A stretch of 64,000 bases of DNA from Anaeramoeba ignava BMAN (lineage: Eukaryota > Protista > Anaeramoebae). The notes under the pieces were generated by a model, which ran no database searches, had not been told where the DNA came from, and was given only the letters and a program-made list of their open reading frames with translations. This document shows, one piece after another, positions 21,424 to 34,400 of the stretch (position 1 is its first letter; each line of letters opens with the position of its first letter). The DNA lies in assembly GCA_028826165.1 (NCBI GenBank), contig JAPDFW010000093.1, positions 124,001 to 188,000 on the forward strand, written 5' to 3'. A program made the translations under genes and the position numbers.

Positions 21424-24400
21424 TTAATTTGATTTAAAATCATCTAAAAATAAATCAATTATTGAATTTTGATTTAATTGATAATAATCTTTAATATCTT
21501 CAAATTCTTCAATTATTTTTTCATTAATTTTATTTTCTTCAATTTCGTCATGATAAAGAAAATAAATTAATTGTTGAATTGTTTCAAATGATTTTCCTGA
21601 ATAATCATGAACTTTATTAGATGAATCTTGAACATTTAAAAACATTCCTTTGTATAATTCACTTCTTATTATTAATATCATTTTATGAACTTTAATTTCT
21701 TTTTCAATTCTATTTTGATTTTCATTTTCATTTTCAATTTGATTTTGATTTTGATTTTGATTTTGATTTTGATTTTGATTTTGATTTTGATTTTGAATTT
21801 GATTTTCAATTTGATTTTGATTTTGATTTTGATTTTGATTTTGATTTTGATTTTGATTTTGATTTTGATTTTGATTTTGATTTTGATTTTGATTTTGATT
21901 TTGATTTTGATTTTGATTTTGATTTTGATTTTGATTTTGATTCTGATAACAAATTATTGTAAAATCTTTTTTATTTTCATTTTCTTTATTTTCATTTTCA
22001 TTTTGTTCATAATATAATTTTTTAAAATCTTTTAATATTCCTTTTCTTCCTTTTTTTAATTCAATCCATTTTGAATTAATTCCAATTTCTTTGAAAAAAT
22101 CTTTCATTTTTTCTTCTTTTTCTTTTAATTCCAAAATTTCTTGTTTTTTAATTTCATAAAAATTTTTTGAATTAATTTTAAATGAAAAAAATTCTTTAAA
22201 TTTTTCAAAATCAAAAAATCCTGAATAAATAAAATTTAAAGCAAATTGAACATCTTCTTTTGATTTTTGTTTACAAATTTCAACAAATTTTGATAATATC
22301 GAATAATCATTATCAAATCTTAATAAAAGAATAAATTTATGAACATTAAATTTAAAAGAATCAATTGATTCAATTTGTAAATCTGAAAAATTATCTTCTG
22401 AATTTAAAAAAACATATAAATCTTGATTAATTGAATAAATTTGAAAAAGTAGTTGAATAAATTCGTTTGATACTTTCCTTTGAGATTTATATACAGTCAA
22501 ATCAATACCATCATTCATTAATAAAAATCGAATTAATTTAGGAATTTGATTGTGGAATGCAATTAGAAAAGGAGTTTCTTGATATTTTGTTTTGGCATTA
22601 ATATCTGCACCATTTTCAACAAGAAATTTAGCAATTTCAAATGATTTTTCGTAAGCACAAACATAATGTAATGGTATTTTTTTTGCTTTGTTTCTGGCAT
22701 TGATTTTCGCACCATTTTCAACAAGCAGTTTAATAACTTCAATTGAATTTTGAAATTGACAAGCTAAATGTAATGGTGTTTCTTGATCAGTTGATGTGGC
22801 ATTGACATCTGCTCCTTTTGAAATGAGAAACTTTGTAATATCAAATGTTTCTTCCAAACGAATGTGAAAAATATTATGTAAACAATTGAAATTATAATAT
22901 GTTTTGGCATTGACATCTGCACCATTTTCAACAAGAAATTGAATAATTTCAAATAATCGCTCAAATTTACTTGAACAAACTAAATGCAATGGCGTGGAAA
23001 ATAATTTTTTGGTTTTGGCGTTGACATCTGCTCCTTTTGAAACAAGAATTTGGATCATCTCAAATGTTTTTTCATTTATATTTTGACAAGCTAAATGTAA
23101 TGGTGTTTCTTTATCAGTTGATGTTTTGGCATTGATATCTGCACCATTTTCAACAAGAAATTTAGCAATTTCAATTTTATTTTCATTTTGTTTTTGACAA
23201 ATCAAATGTAAAGGAGTTTCTTCCATTTTGTTTTTGACATTAACATCTGCTCCTTTTGAAACAAGAAATTGAATAATTTCAAATGCTTTTTGATTTTTGC
23301 TTTTACAAATAAAATGCAAAGGAGTTTCATAATTAATTGTTTGAGCGTTGAGTTTTGCTTTTTTTGAAACAAGAAACTGAATAATTTCAAATGAATTGAA
23401 GTTTTGATTTTGATTTTGATTTTGATTTTGATTTTGATTTTGATTTTGAATTTCATTTTCATCTTGATTTTGAATTTCATTTTCATCTTGACTTTGACAA
23501 GCAAAATGTAAAGGAGTTTCGTCATTTTTATTTTTGGCATTAACATCTGCTCCTTTTGAAACAAGAAATTTTACAACTTCAATTGATTTTTCGTTTGAAT
23601 TTTGACAAGATAAATGTAAAGTTGTTTCTTCATTTTCATTCCTTAACTGGATATTTGCTCCTTTTGAAACAAGAAATTGAATAATTTCAAACGAATTTTC
23701 GTTTTGAAATTGACAAGCAAAATGTAAAGGTGTTTCTTTAATATTTGTTTGCTCATTAATATTTGCTTTTTTTGAAACAAGAAATTTGATAACTTCAATT
23801 GATTTTTGATATTTACAAGCAAAATGTAAAGGATTTTCATTATAAATTGTTTTGTTGTTGATTTTCACTTTTTTTTTAAAAAGAATTTTCAGAATTTCCA
23901 ATAATTTCTCTTTTTTTTGATATTGACAAACAAAATGTAAAGGTGTTTGATCTCTTTTTGTTTTGGCATTGACATCTGCTCCTTTTGAACAGAGAAATTG
24001 AATAATTTCATGTGAATTTTCTTGGGTTTGATATTGACAAACAAAGTGAAGTGGAGTTTCGTCTTCATATCTTGTTTTGACATTGACTTTCGCTTTTTTT
24101 GTAATCAAGAATTGGATAATTTCGTTTGATTTTTCATTTTGGCATTGACAAGCTAAATGTAATGGTGTTGCTTCTTGATATATGTTTTTGGCATTGACAT
24201 CTGCTTTTTTAGAAACAAGAAACTTTATAATATCAAATGCGGGCTTGTTTTGAGATTTGCAAGCAAAATGTAAAGGTGTTTCCGCATCATAGTTTGTTTT
24301 GGCATTGACATCTACACCTTTTGAAACAAGAAATTGAATAATTTCAAATGAATGTTGAAATTGACAAGCAAAATGTAATGGTGTTTCTTTTTCATATCTT

Positions 24401-25182
24401 GTTTTGGCATTGACATCTGCTCCTTTTGAAACAAGAAATTGAATAATTTCAAATAATTTTTCATTTTGATTTTTGCAAATTAAATGTAAAGGTGTTTCGT
24501 GTTTCTCGTTTGTTTTGACATTAACATCTGCTCCTTTTGAAACAAGAAATTGAATAATTTCAAATAATTTTTCATTTAGATCTTGATTTTGACAAATAAA
24601 ATGTAAAGGAGTTTCTTCTTTTTCGTTTTTGGCATTGACATCTGCTCCTTTTGAAACAAATAATTCAATCAGTTCAAATAATTTCTCATTTTGTTTTTTA
24701 TTTTGACAAATTAAATTTAAAGGTGTTTCTAATTGATATCTTGTTTTGGCATTGACATCTGCTCCTTTTGAAACAAGAAATTGAATAATTTCAAGTGAAA
24801 ATTCGTTTAAATTTTCGCAAATCAAATGTAACGATTTTTTATTATAATAATTTGTTGTATTGACATTGACATCTGCTCTTTTTGAAACAAGAAATTGAAT
24901 AATTTCAAATGAATTTTTATTTGTTTTTTGACAAGCAAAATATAAAGGAGTTTCATTATTTTTGGTTTTGGCATTAACATCTGCTCCTTTTGAAACAAGA
25001 AACTTTATTGCATTAATTGTTTTTTCATTAGGATCTTGACAAAGAAAATGTAAAGGTGTTTTTTGCTTTTCACTTTTGACATTAACATCTGCTCCTTTTG
25101 AAACAATAAGTTTAATATTTTTAATTGGAGTTTTTTTTTTACAAGCTAAAAAGAGTTTTTGATTTTTTTCTGATTGTTTCAT
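21424..25182 (-). CDS. Ankyrin-repeat (~24) protein with C-terminal tandem BTB-like domains
   Basis: Repeated [14 protein letters not shown].. units, then [15 protein letters not shown] and [23 protein letters not shown]. Likely start MKQSEK at 25182. Confidence 0.92.
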   Translation of the reverse strand: MKQSEKNQKLFLACKKKTPIKNIKLIVSKGADVNVKSEKQKTPLHFLCQDPNEKTINAIKFLVSKGADVNAKTKNNETPLYFACQKTNKNSFEIIQFLVSKRADVNVNTTNYYNKKSLHLICENLNEFSLEIIQFLVSKGADVNAKTRYQLETPLNLICQNKKQNEKLFELIELFVSKGADVNAKNEKEETPLHFICQNQDLNEKLFEIIQFLVSKGADVNVKTNEKHETPLHLICKNQNEKLFEIIQFLVSKGADVNAKTRYEKETPLHFACQFQHSFEIIQFLVSKGVDVNAKTNYDAETPLHFACKSQNKPAFDIIKFLVSKKADVNAKNIYQEATPLHLACQCQNEKSNEIIQFLITKKAKVNVKTRYEDETPLHFVCQYQTQENSHEIIQFLCSKGADVNAKTKRDQTPLHFVCQYQKKEKLLEILKILFKKKVKINNKTIYNENPLHFACKYQKSIEVIKFLVSKKANINEQTNIKETPLHFACQFQNENSFEIIQFLVSKGANIQLRNENEETTLHLSCQNSNEKSIEVVKFLVSKGADVNAKNKNDETPLHFACQSQDENEIQNQDENEIQNQNQNQNQNQNQNQNFNSFEIIQFLVSKKAKLNAQTINYETPLHFICKSKNQKAFEIIQFLVSKGADVNVKNKMEETPLHLICQKQNENKIEIAKFLVENGADINAKTSTDKETPLHLACQNINEKTFEMIQILVSKGADVNAKTKKLFSTPLHLVCSSKFERLFEIIQFLVENGADVNAKTYYNFNCLHNIFHIRLEETFDITKFLISKGADVNATSTDQETPLHLACQFQNSIEVIKLLVENGAKINARNKAKKIPLHYVCAYEKSFEIAKFLVENGADINAKTKYQETPFLIAFHNQIPKLIRFLLMNDGIDLTVYKSQRKVSNEFIQLLFQIYSINQDLYVFLNSEDNFSDLQIESIDSFKFNVHKFILLLRFDNDYSILSKFVEICKQKSKEDVQFALNFIYSGFFDFEKFKEFFSFKINSKNFYEIKKQEILELKEKEEKMKDFFKEIGINSKWIELKKGRKGILKDFKKLYYEQNENENKENENKKDFTIICYQNQNQNQNQNQNQNQNQNQNQNQNQNQNQNQNQNQNQNQNQNQNQIENQIQNQNQNQNQNQNQNQNQNQIENENENQNRIEKEIKVHKMILIIRSELYKGMFLNVQDSSNKVHDYSGKSFETIQQLIYFLYHDEIEENKINEKIIEEFEDIKDYYQLNQNSIIDLFLDDFKSN

Positions 25183-25247
25183 TTTAGAAAGAAAAAAAAT
25201 GAAAAAAATCAAAATCAAAATTAAAATTTTTTTATTTGAATTTTAAT

Positions 25248-28200
25248 TTAATTTGATTTAAAATCATCTAAAAATAAATCAATTATTGAATTTTGATTTA
25301 ATTGATAATAATCTTTAATATCTTCAAATTCTTCAATTATTTTTTCATTAATTTTATTTTCTTCAATTTCATCATGATAAATAAAATAAATTAATTGTTG
25401 AATTGTTTCAAATGATTTTCCTGAATAATCATGAACTTTATTAGATGAATCTTGAACATTTAAAAACATTCCTTTGTATAATTCACTTCTTATTATTAAT
25501 ATAATTTTATGAACTTTAATTTCTTTTTCAATTTTATTTTGATTTTCAATTTGATTTTGATTTTGATTTTGATTTTGATTTTGATTTTGATTTTCAATTT
25601 TATTTTCATTTTCATTTTGATTTTGATTTTGATTTTGATTTTGATTTTGATCTTGATTTTGATTTTGATTTTGATTTTGATTTTGATTTTGATTTTGATT
25701 TTGATTTTCAATTTGATTTTGATTTTGATTTTGATTTTGATTTTGATTTTGATTTTGATTTTGATTTTGATTTTGATTTTCATTTTCATTTTTATTTTGA
25801 TTTTTATTTTGATCTTGATTTTGATTTTGATCTTGATTTTGATAACAAATTATTGTAAAATCTTTTTTATTTTCATTTTCATTTTGTTCATAATATAATT
25901 TTTTAAAATCTTGTAATATTCCTTTTCTTCCTTTTTTTAATTCAATCCATTTTGAATTAATTCCAATTTCTTTGAAAAAATCTTTCATTTTTTCTTCTTT
26001 TTCTTTTAATTCCAAAATTTCTTGTTTTTTAATTTCATAAAAATTTTTTGAATTAATTTTAAATGAAAAAAATTCTTTAAATTTTTCAAAATCAAAAAAT
26101 CCTGAATAAATAAAATTTAAAGCAAATTGAACATCTTCTTTTGATTTTTGTTTACAAATTTCAACAAATTTTGATAATATCGAATAATCATTATCAAATC
26201 TTAATAAAAGAATAAATTTATGAACATTAAATTTAAAAGAATCAATTGATTCAATTTGTAAATCTGAAAAATTATCTTCTGAATTTAAAAAAACATATAA
26301 ATCTTGATTAATTGAATAAATTTGAAAAAGTAATTGAATAAATTCGTTTGTTATTTCAATTTTTTGAGTGAATAAATTGATAGGATCTATATAATTCATT
26401 AAAAGGAATTTGATTAATTTGTGATTTCCACTTTCAATTAAAATGGTAATTGGTGTTTTATCTTGAACATTTTTTGCATATAAATTTCCTCCTTTTGAAA
26501 TAAGAAACTCAATAATTTCGATTGTTTTTTGATTTTGAAATTGACAAACAATATGCAAACTTGTATTTTTGGATAATTTTGTTTCAGAATTAATATCTGC
26601 TCCTTTTGAAACAAGAAATTGAATAATTTCAAGTGTTTTTTCATTTTGAAATTGACAAGAAAAATGTAATGGTGTTGATGATTGATATTTTGTTTTGGCA
26701 TTGACATATGCTCCTTTTGAAACAAGAAATTGAATAATTTCAAATGTTTTTTCATTTATATTTTGACAAGCTAAATGTAAAGGTACTTTTTCTTCATTTG
26801 TTTTGGCATTGATATCTGCTCCTTTTGAAACAAGAAATTGAATAATTTCAATTGATTTCTGAAATTGACAAGCAAAATGTAATGGTGTTTCTTTTTCATA
26901 TCTTGTTTTGGCATTGACATCTGCTCCTTTTGAAATAAGAAATTGAATAATTTCAAACGATTTTTCATTTATAATTTGACAAGCTAAATGTAAAGATGTT
27001 TTTTCTTCATTTGTTTTTGCATTGATTTTTGCTCCTTTTGAAACAAGAAATTGAATAATTTCAAATGTTTTTTGGATTTGACTTTGACAAATTAAATGTA
27101 AAGGTGTTGATTCAGTGTTTTTTGTTTTGACATTAATTTTTGCTCCTTTTGAAACAAAAAATTTTATAATTTCAAGTGTTTTTTGATTTGGATCTTGGCA
27201 AATTAAATGTAAAGGTGTTTCATTGTTATTTGTTTTTGCATTAATTTTTGCACTTTTTGAAACAAGAAACTGAATAATTTCAAATAATTTTTCATTTTGT
27301 TGAAATTCACAAATAAAATGTAATAATGTCTTCTTTTCCTCTTTTGTTTTGGCATTGATATCTGCTTTTTTAGAAACAAGAAATTGAATAATTTCAAATG
27401 TTTTTTCATTTTGTTTTTGAAATTGACAAATAAAATGTAAAGGTGTTTCATTGTTTTCTTTTGTTTTGGCATTTACATCTGCTTTTTTTAAAATAAGAAA
27501 TTGAATAATTTCAAATAATTTTTCATTTTGGTTTTGACTTTGGTTTTGACAAATAAAATGTAAAGGTGTAGATGATTGATATTTTGTTTTGGCATTGATA
27601 TCTGCTCCTTTTGAAATAAGAAATTGAATAATTTCAAATAATTTTTCATTTTGGTTTTGATTTTGGCAAATAAAATGTAAAGGAGTTAATCCATATTTTG
27701 TTTTGGCATTGATATCTGCTCCTTTTGAAATAAGAAATTGAATAATTTCAAATAATTTTTCATTTTGGTTTTCATTTTTGCAAATAAAATGTAAAGGTGT
27801 TTCTAAATCATAATTTGTTTTGTCATTAACATCTGCTCCTTTTAAAATAAGAAATTGAATAATTTCAGATAATTTTTCATTTTGACTTTGGCAAATAAGA
27901 TGTAAAGGTGTTTCATTGTTTTCTTTTGTTTTGGCATTTGCATCTGCTCCTTTTGAAACAAGAAATTGAATAATTTCAGATAATTTTTCATTTTGGTTTT
28001 GATTTTGGCAAATATAATGTAAAGGAGTTTCTAAATCATTATTTGCTTTGACATTGATATCTGCTCCTTTTAAAATAAGAAATTGAATAATTTCAAATAA
28101 TTTTTCATTTTGATTTTCATTTTTGCAAATAAAATGTAAAGGAGTTTCGAATTGGTAATTTATTTTGGCATTGACATCTGCTCCTTTTAAAACAAGAAAT

Positions 28201-29069
28201 TGAATAATTTCAGATAATTTTTCATTTTGGTTTTGACAAATAAAATGTAAAGGAGTTTCTAAATCATATTTTGTTTCAGCATTTACATTTGCTCCTTTTG
28301 AAACAAGAAATTGAATAATTTCAAATAATTTTTCATTTTGGTTTTGATTTCGACAAATATAATGTAAAGGTGTTTCTAAATTATTTATTGTTTTGGCATT
28401 GATATCTGCTCCTTTTAAAATAAGAAATTGAATAATTTCAAATAATTTTTCATTTTGATTTTGACAAATAAAATGTAAAGGTGTTTCTTCTTTATCACTT
28501 GTTTTGGCATTGATATCTGCTCCTTTTAAAACAAGAAATTGAATAATTTCAAATAATTTTTCATTTTGACTTTGATTTTGACAAATATAATGTAAAGAAG
28601 TTTCTTCTTTATTTATTGTTTTGGCATTGGCATCTGCTCCTTTTAAAACAAGAAATTGAATAATTTCAGATAATTTTTCATTTTGATTTTGACAAATAAA
28701 ATGTAAAGGTGTTTCTTCATTTATTGTTTTGGCATTGACATTTGCTCCTTTTAAAACAAGAAATTGAATAATTTCAAATAATTTTTCATTTTGATTTTGA
28801 TTTTGACAAATATAATGTAAAGGAGTAAATTTATATTTCGCTTTGGCATTGATTTTTGTTCCTTTTAAAACAAGAAATTTAATAATTTCAAATGTTTGTT
28901 GAATTTGATTTTGACAAATAAAATGTAAAGGTGTTCCTAAATTATTAATTGATTTGACATTTACGTCTGCTCCATTTAATACAAGAAATTTAATAATTTC
29001 AAATGGTTTTTCATTTTTTTCTTTTTCAAAAAGATTCAATAATCTTTCATTTTTTTCATTTTGATCCAT
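25248..29069 (-). CDS. Ankyrin-repeat (~24) protein with C-terminal tandem BTB-like domains (tandem paralog)
   Basis: Same architecture, with a C-terminal region nearly identical to 21424-22470. Likely start MDQNEK at 29069. Confidence 0.92.
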   Translation of the reverse strand: MDQNEKNERLLNLFEKEKNEKPFEIIKFLVLNGADVNVKSINNLGTPLHFICQNQIQQTFEIIKFLVLKGTKINAKAKYKFTPLHYICQNQNQNEKLFEIIQFLVLKGANVNAKTINEETPLHFICQNQNEKLSEIIQFLVLKGADANAKTINKEETSLHYICQNQSQNEKLFEIIQFLVLKGADINAKTSDKEETPLHFICQNQNEKLFEIIQFLILKGADINAKTINNLETPLHYICRNQNQNEKLFEIIQFLVSKGANVNAETKYDLETPLHFICQNQNEKLSEIIQFLVLKGADVNAKINYQFETPLHFICKNENQNEKLFEIIQFLILKGADINVKANNDLETPLHYICQNQNQNEKLSEIIQFLVSKGADANAKTKENNETPLHLICQSQNEKLSEIIQFLILKGADVNDKTNYDLETPLHFICKNENQNEKLFEIIQFLISKGADINAKTKYGLTPLHFICQNQNQNEKLFEIIQFLISKGADINAKTKYQSSTPLHFICQNQSQNQNEKLFEIIQFLILKKADVNAKTKENNETPLHFICQFQKQNEKTFEIIQFLVSKKADINAKTKEEKKTLLHFICEFQQNEKLFEIIQFLVSKSAKINAKTNNNETPLHLICQDPNQKTLEIIKFFVSKGAKINVKTKNTESTPLHLICQSQIQKTFEIIQFLVSKGAKINAKTNEEKTSLHLACQIINEKSFEIIQFLISKGADVNAKTRYEKETPLHFACQFQKSIEIIQFLVSKGADINAKTNEEKVPLHLACQNINEKTFEIIQFLVSKGAYVNAKTKYQSSTPLHFSCQFQNEKTLEIIQFLVSKGADINSETKLSKNTSLHIVCQFQNQKTIEIIEFLISKGGNLYAKNVQDKTPITILIESGNHKLIKFLLMNYIDPINLFTQKIEITNEFIQLLFQIYSINQDLYVFLNSEDNFSDLQIESIDSFKFNVHKFILLLRFDNDYSILSKFVEICKQKSKEDVQFALNFIYSGFFDFEKFKEFFSFKINSKNFYEIKKQEILELKEKEEKMKDFFKEIGINSKWIELKKGRKGILQDFKKLYYEQNENENKKDFTIICYQNQDQNQNQDQNKNQNKNENENQNQNQNQNQNQNQNQNQNQNQIENQNQNQNQNQNQNQNQNQDQNQNQNQNQNQNENENKIENQNQNQNQNQNQNQIENQNKIEKEIKVHKIILIIRSELYKGMFLNVQDSSNKVHDYSGKSFETIQQLIYFIYHDEIEENKINEKIIEEFEDIKDYYQLNQNSIIDLFLDDFKSN

Positions 29070-29131
29070 TTTAAAAAACAAAATTGAAGAAAAAAATGAA
29101 AATAATTTTTCATTTTTTTTCTTTTTGAAAA
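29070..29131. promoter_or_regulatory. Putative minimal bidirectional promoter with opposed Inr-like motifs
   Basis: 62 bp separate the divergent ATGs. The interval carries AAAAATGAAAA (minus strand, ~29092-29102) and TTTTCATTTTT (plus strand, ~29107-29117). Confidence 0.55.
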
Positions 29132-30928
29132 ATGAATGATTGTTTATTTTTTGGTTTAAATGAATCTCCAATTCTTATAAAAAATAAACCAGATAAAATA
29201 ACAAAACCAATTCAATTTAAATTTGAAAATGAAAATGAAAATGAAAATGAAAATGAAAATGAAAATGAAAATCAAATTAAACAAATTTCATCAGGCTTTT
29301 ATTCAACAATTTTCCTTTTTAAAAATGGAAAAGCAATAGAATATTTAAATGATTCAAAACAAAATCCTTCAAAAATCCAAATTGAAGAAAATATTCAAAA
29401 AGTAACTGTTGGTTATAGAAATGAAGCTATTTTAACAATAGAAGGAAATGTATTTGCAAAAGGATTAGATATTAATCCAGATAATCCAAAAGAATTTATC
29501 AATATTTCATCATTAATTGAAGATACAAATGATAGGATAATTGAAGATATTGTTTCTGGAAAAAGTTCAATTTATTTATTAACTTCAAATCAAAATGTTT
29601 ATGGAATTGGTTCAAATCATTTGTGTCAACTTGGTGTTGATTCTGAAACACTTAAAAAAACAAAAAAACCAATTTTAATGATGAAAAATGTTTCTAAAAT
29701 ATTTTCAGGAAATACTTCATTTCATGTTTTTCTTTTAAATTCAAATCAAGAATTATTTGGATCTGGAATTCATAAATTTGGTCAACTTGGATTAGAAGAA
29801 TCAAGAAGAAAAGAAACTAAAGAAACAATCAAAAAATTAATCAAAATCCAAAATATTCCAAAAGGCAAAATAATTGATATTCAATGTGGATATGTTCATT
29901 CAATAATGTTGATTGAAAATGAAAATGAAAATCCAAAAAGAAAACTTTATTCATGTGGATATTGGCAATATAATGGACTTTGCAAGACTGAAACTACTTA
30001 TGAATTTACTGAAATCAAATCATCTTTATTTGAAAATGATATTATTCTTGATTTTTCTGTTGGAAATGAACATACTTTGATTTTAACTTCCAATTCTAAA
30101 TTAATTGGATTTGGATATAATGAATATGGTCAATTAGGAACTGGAGATACAAATGATCAATTAATTCCAATTCAAATTGAACTTCCTAAATTAAGATTTA
30201 ATGAAGATATTTTCAATTATCATATTTATTGTGGATTTTACAAATCATTTCTTTATTATTCTTCTCCTTCTTTTTCCAATCTTGGAGAAGATTTGATAAA
30301 ACTATTTAGAAGAAAAGAATTTTGTAATATTTCATTTAAAACCAAAAATGGAGAAATAATCAAAGCTCATAAATTAATATTGAAATATAGATTAAATCAA
30401 AATCAAAATGAAATTGAAAAACTTCAAGAAATTATTTCAAAAAAATCAATTAAAGAATCAAATCAAATATTTGAAATGATTTATTCAAACAATCCCAAAA
30501 TAAATCCAAAATTATATTCTGAAATCAAAGAAATTATAAATTCCAATGAAAAAATAGAAGAAACAATGAAAAGAATTTATTTAAATGAAAATGAAAATGA
30601 AAATGAAAAAGATTTTATAATTGAAAGAAAAGAAAAGAAATATAAATTTCCTAAATTAATATTAATAATGAGAAGTGAATTATATCGAGGAATGTTTTTA
30701 TCTGTAACAAATGATACTTCTAATAAAGTTACAGATTATAGTGAATTAAGTAATAAATCATTTCAAATATTTGAATATTGGATTTATTCAAATCAAATTA
30801 AAAATGAAATTGAAATTACACAAGAAATTATTGATGAAATTCAAATTGGAATTGATTATTTTCAATTAAATCAAACAAATCCAAATTTATTTGATTTATT
30901 AATTAAGAAATTTAATAATCAAAATTAA
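29132..30928 (+). CDS. RCC1-repeat protein with C-terminal tandem BTB-like domains
   Basis: Third full paralog ([28 protein letters not shown]). Confidence 0.9.
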   Translation: MNDCLFFGLNESPILIKNKPDKITKPIQFKFENENENENENENENENQIKQISSGFYSTIFLFKNGKAIEYLNDSKQNPSKIQIEENIQKVTVGYRNEAILTIEGNVFAKGLDINPDNPKEFINISSLIEDTNDRIIEDIVSGKSSIYLLTSNQNVYGIGSNHLCQLGVDSETLKKTKKPILMMKNVSKIFSGNTSFHVFLLNSNQELFGSGIHKFGQLGLEESRRKETKETIKKLIKIQNIPKGKIIDIQCGYVHSIMLIENENENPKRKLYSCGYWQYNGLCKTETTYEFTEIKSSLFENDIILDFSVGNEHTLILTSNSKLIGFGYNEYGQLGTGDTNDQLIPIQIELPKLRFNEDIFNYHIYCGFYKSFLYYSSPSFSNLGEDLIKLFRRKEFCNISFKTKNGEIIKAHKLILKYRLNQNQNEIEKLQEIISKKSIKESNQIFEMIYSNNPKINPKLYSEIKEIINSNEKIEETMKRIYLNENENENEKDFIIERKEKKYKFPKLILIMRSELYRGMFLSVTNDTSNKVTDYSELSNKSFQIFEYWIYSNQIKNEIEITQEIIDEIQIGIDYFQLNQTNPNLFDLLIKKFNNQN

Positions 30929-31256
30929 AATTAAAATTAAAATTAAAATTAAAATCAAAATTAAAATCAAAATCAAAATTAAAATTAAAATTAAAATTAA
31001 AATTAAAATTAAAATTAAAATTAAAATTAAAATTAAAATTAAAATTAAAATTAAAATTAAAATTAAAATTTAAATCAAAATTAAAATTAAAATTAAAATT
31101 AAAATTAAAATCAAAATTAAAATTAAAATTAAAATTAAAATTAAAATTAAAATCAAAATTTAAAATTAAAATCAAAATTAAAATTAAAATTAAAATTAAA
31201 ATTAAAATTAAAATTAAAATTAAAATTAAAATTAAAATTAAAATCAAAATCAAAAT
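30920..31256. repeat. (TAAAAT)n intergenic array beginning at the stop codon
   Basis: Direct inspection; a similar array lies at 21310-21405. Confidence 0.9.
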
Positions 31257-31421
31257 CTATTATTAAATGTTTGATTTTTTGATTGTTTTTATTCAACAAA
31301 CAAAAAAAGAAGGAAATGGAATCAACATTTTCTCTTTTCTTATTTAATTTGAATTATCATTATTATTTTTGAAAAAGAAAAAAGAAAAAAAAGGGAAAAA
31401 AGAAAAAAAGAAAGAAGATGA

Positions 31422-34400
31422 TTAAAAAAATTCATTCAATTCAGTACTATCGAAACTAGAAAAAGAATCAGGTTTTTGTTGATTGGAATTTGAATTTGAA
31501 TTTGAATTTGAATTTGAATTTAAATTTGAATTTGAATTTCTATTTGTATTTGTATTTGTATTTGTATTTGGACTTATTATATTCGATTCAAAAACTTCTT
31601 TTAAATCATCCAAATCACTCGATTTTCTTTTTTCTTTTTCATTAAAACTAATCAATTGGTTATTAAATGAAACATCAATCAAAGTTGTTGTTTGTTGTTG
31701 TTTTATTTGAGGTTTTGATTGAATCACAGTTGAATCTTGATCTTTATTTTTTTCAACATTTATAATTTCATCCTCAAGAAAATTAACATTTCGAACTTTT
31801 TCTGTATTTTTTGGCTTGTTTTCAATTCCAATCAATTCTAGATCTTTTTGAATTGAAGATTTTTGTTTATTTTGAAAATCTTGATTTGTTTCAAAAATTG
31901 AAAAATCATCAACTTTTTCAGTAAAAGTTGGTTTGTTAATTTTTTGGTTATTTTCTTTTTGATTTGGAAAATCAGTTTCAAAATTCAAGTTCAAATTTGG
32001 AGATTTTGATTTTTTTGGTTGAGTTATTTCTTGAGTATCCAATGATAAGAAATCTATTTCATTTATTTTATTTTGACTTCTTGTTTTTGTATCTTTTAGA
32101 TCTAATTGAATATTTGGAGTTGGTTGAATAATTGTTCCATTATCTTTTTTATCTCCTGTTTTTTTGATTTTTATAATTCTTTTACTATTTTCTTTTTTAA
32201 TCTCATTGTTACTTATAATATTGTTATCATTTTGATTTAAATTTTGATTTTGAAATTGCAATTGATTTTGATTTTGATTTTGATTTTCAATTTCATTATT
32301 ACTTTCATTATCACTTTCATTACTTTCGAAATAATCACTATCACTATTACTACCATTATCAAAATAATCTTCATCTTCATCATCATTATCATTATCATTA
32401 TCGTTATCATTATCATTATCATTATCATTATCAAAATAATTTTCATTATCATTATCATTATCATTATCATTATCATTATCATTATCATTATCATTATCAT
32501 TATCATTACTAAAATAATTTTCATTGTCATTATCATTATCATCTTCGTTATCATTATCATTGTCATTATCATCAAAATTTATTAAAGAAATTCCGTTTTG
32601 TTTTTTCAGTCCATTTGATTGTATATTTTCTTCCATTTCATTTTCATTTATAATTTCAATATTTTGTGTTGGTTTTTCTTCTCCTAAATCTAATAATAAA
32701 ATTTCAATATTATGATCCTTATTGTTATTATTATTTCTATAATTATTAAATCCATTTTTTTGTTCAACTGTAATTGAGTAATCAATAAGTGTTTCTACTC
32801 TCGGCATTGTTTGTATCCGAACAATTTGTTCATTTTCTGTATGTTTTTCTTTTGGAGATTCATTTGTACTATTTGAATCTTCAAAATCAGCTAGTAAATC
32901 GATTTCTGTTCTTTTTTGATTTTGATTTTGATTTATATTTTGATTTATATTTTCATTTTTAATTTGATTTTCTTCATTTTTATTTTCATTTTCTTCATTT
33001 TTATTTTCATTTTGATTTATATTTTCATTTTTAATTTGATTTATATTTTCATTTTTAATTTCATTTTGATTTTCTTCATTTTTAATTTCATTTTGATTTT
33101 GATTTTGATTTTGATTTAGATTTTGATTTTGATTTTGATTTTGATTTTGATTTTGATTTTCTTCTTTTTTCGATTTACTTCGTTTTTTCTTCTTATTTTC
33201 CTCATTTTTGTTAGTGGATTTTGATTTATTTTTGTTATTTTTTGTTTTTGAGTTTGATTCTTTTTTTTGTTTTTCATTTTGTTTTTCATTTTGTTTTTCA
33301 TTTTGTTTTTCATTTTGTTTTTCATTTTGTTTTTCATTTTGTTTTTCATTTTGTTTTTCATTTTGTTTTTCATTTTGTTTTTCATTTTGTTTTTCATTTT
33401 GTTTTTCATTTGCATTTTTGTCTTTTTTGCTTCTAAAAAGAGCCACTTTAAATTTTGCCAATTTTTTCTTAAAACCTTTTTTTCCATCATTTTTTTCATC
33501 ATTGGATACATTTTTCTTTTTAAAAGGAGATTGAGATGATTTTAATCGAATAACATTCTTTTCAAAATTCCATTGATAAATTGATTTGTTTCCAAAAGCA
33601 ATTATTCTAGATACAATAAACTCATTATAAGCTTTAGTATTTTTAAATTGATCAACAAACTATTTCAGATCAAAAATTGAAAAAAAAAAAGAATTTATAA
33701 ATGAATATTTGTTGTTTTTTTGATAAAATTTTCTTTTTCTTTTTATAATTTTTACTTCTTTAATTTGTGGATCTAAAGATTTGATAAAAGAAGGAAAATC
33801 AAACATTGTTTTTGAGAATGTTTTTTTGACAATAAATCTGTAATAAGTTAAAAAGATTGATTTAAAGAATTCAAGAAAAGCTTTTGAAATTTTCTTTGTA
33901 TTTCCGACACCTTCTATATTTTTTTTTAGAATAAATTTTTTAAAATTTCAAATCTGTTTTTTTTTTTTGATCAATTTCCTACTTTTTAAAAATTCGTTAT
34001 AAATTGAATTTAAACTAGAAGAAAGTGAGTTGAGAAGAGGTTGAGGTAAACGCTTAATATCATTTGCTAAATCTTGAGAAATTGTCAATTCTTTTGTTGA
34101 TAAATTAATAACAGAACAATGGGTCAAAGTTTCATTTGGAATTAAAGATAAGTTATCTTCAAGAATACCAAAAATAAAAGGTTCATCATTTATGGAACAA
34201 AATTGAGCCAAAGAAGGAGGTAAGCAAGGTATAAGCAAATGTTGCCAAGAAAAAGGATAAATGCATCGAAGAATTTGAGACATAAATTTAGGAATCGAAC
34301 AAATTTTTTTTCCAACAATTAAAATTTTTCTTTCAAAAAGAATATTTGCAAATATTTGAAGTATTTTATCTGGAGTAAATGTTTTAAATAGTAAATTTAA

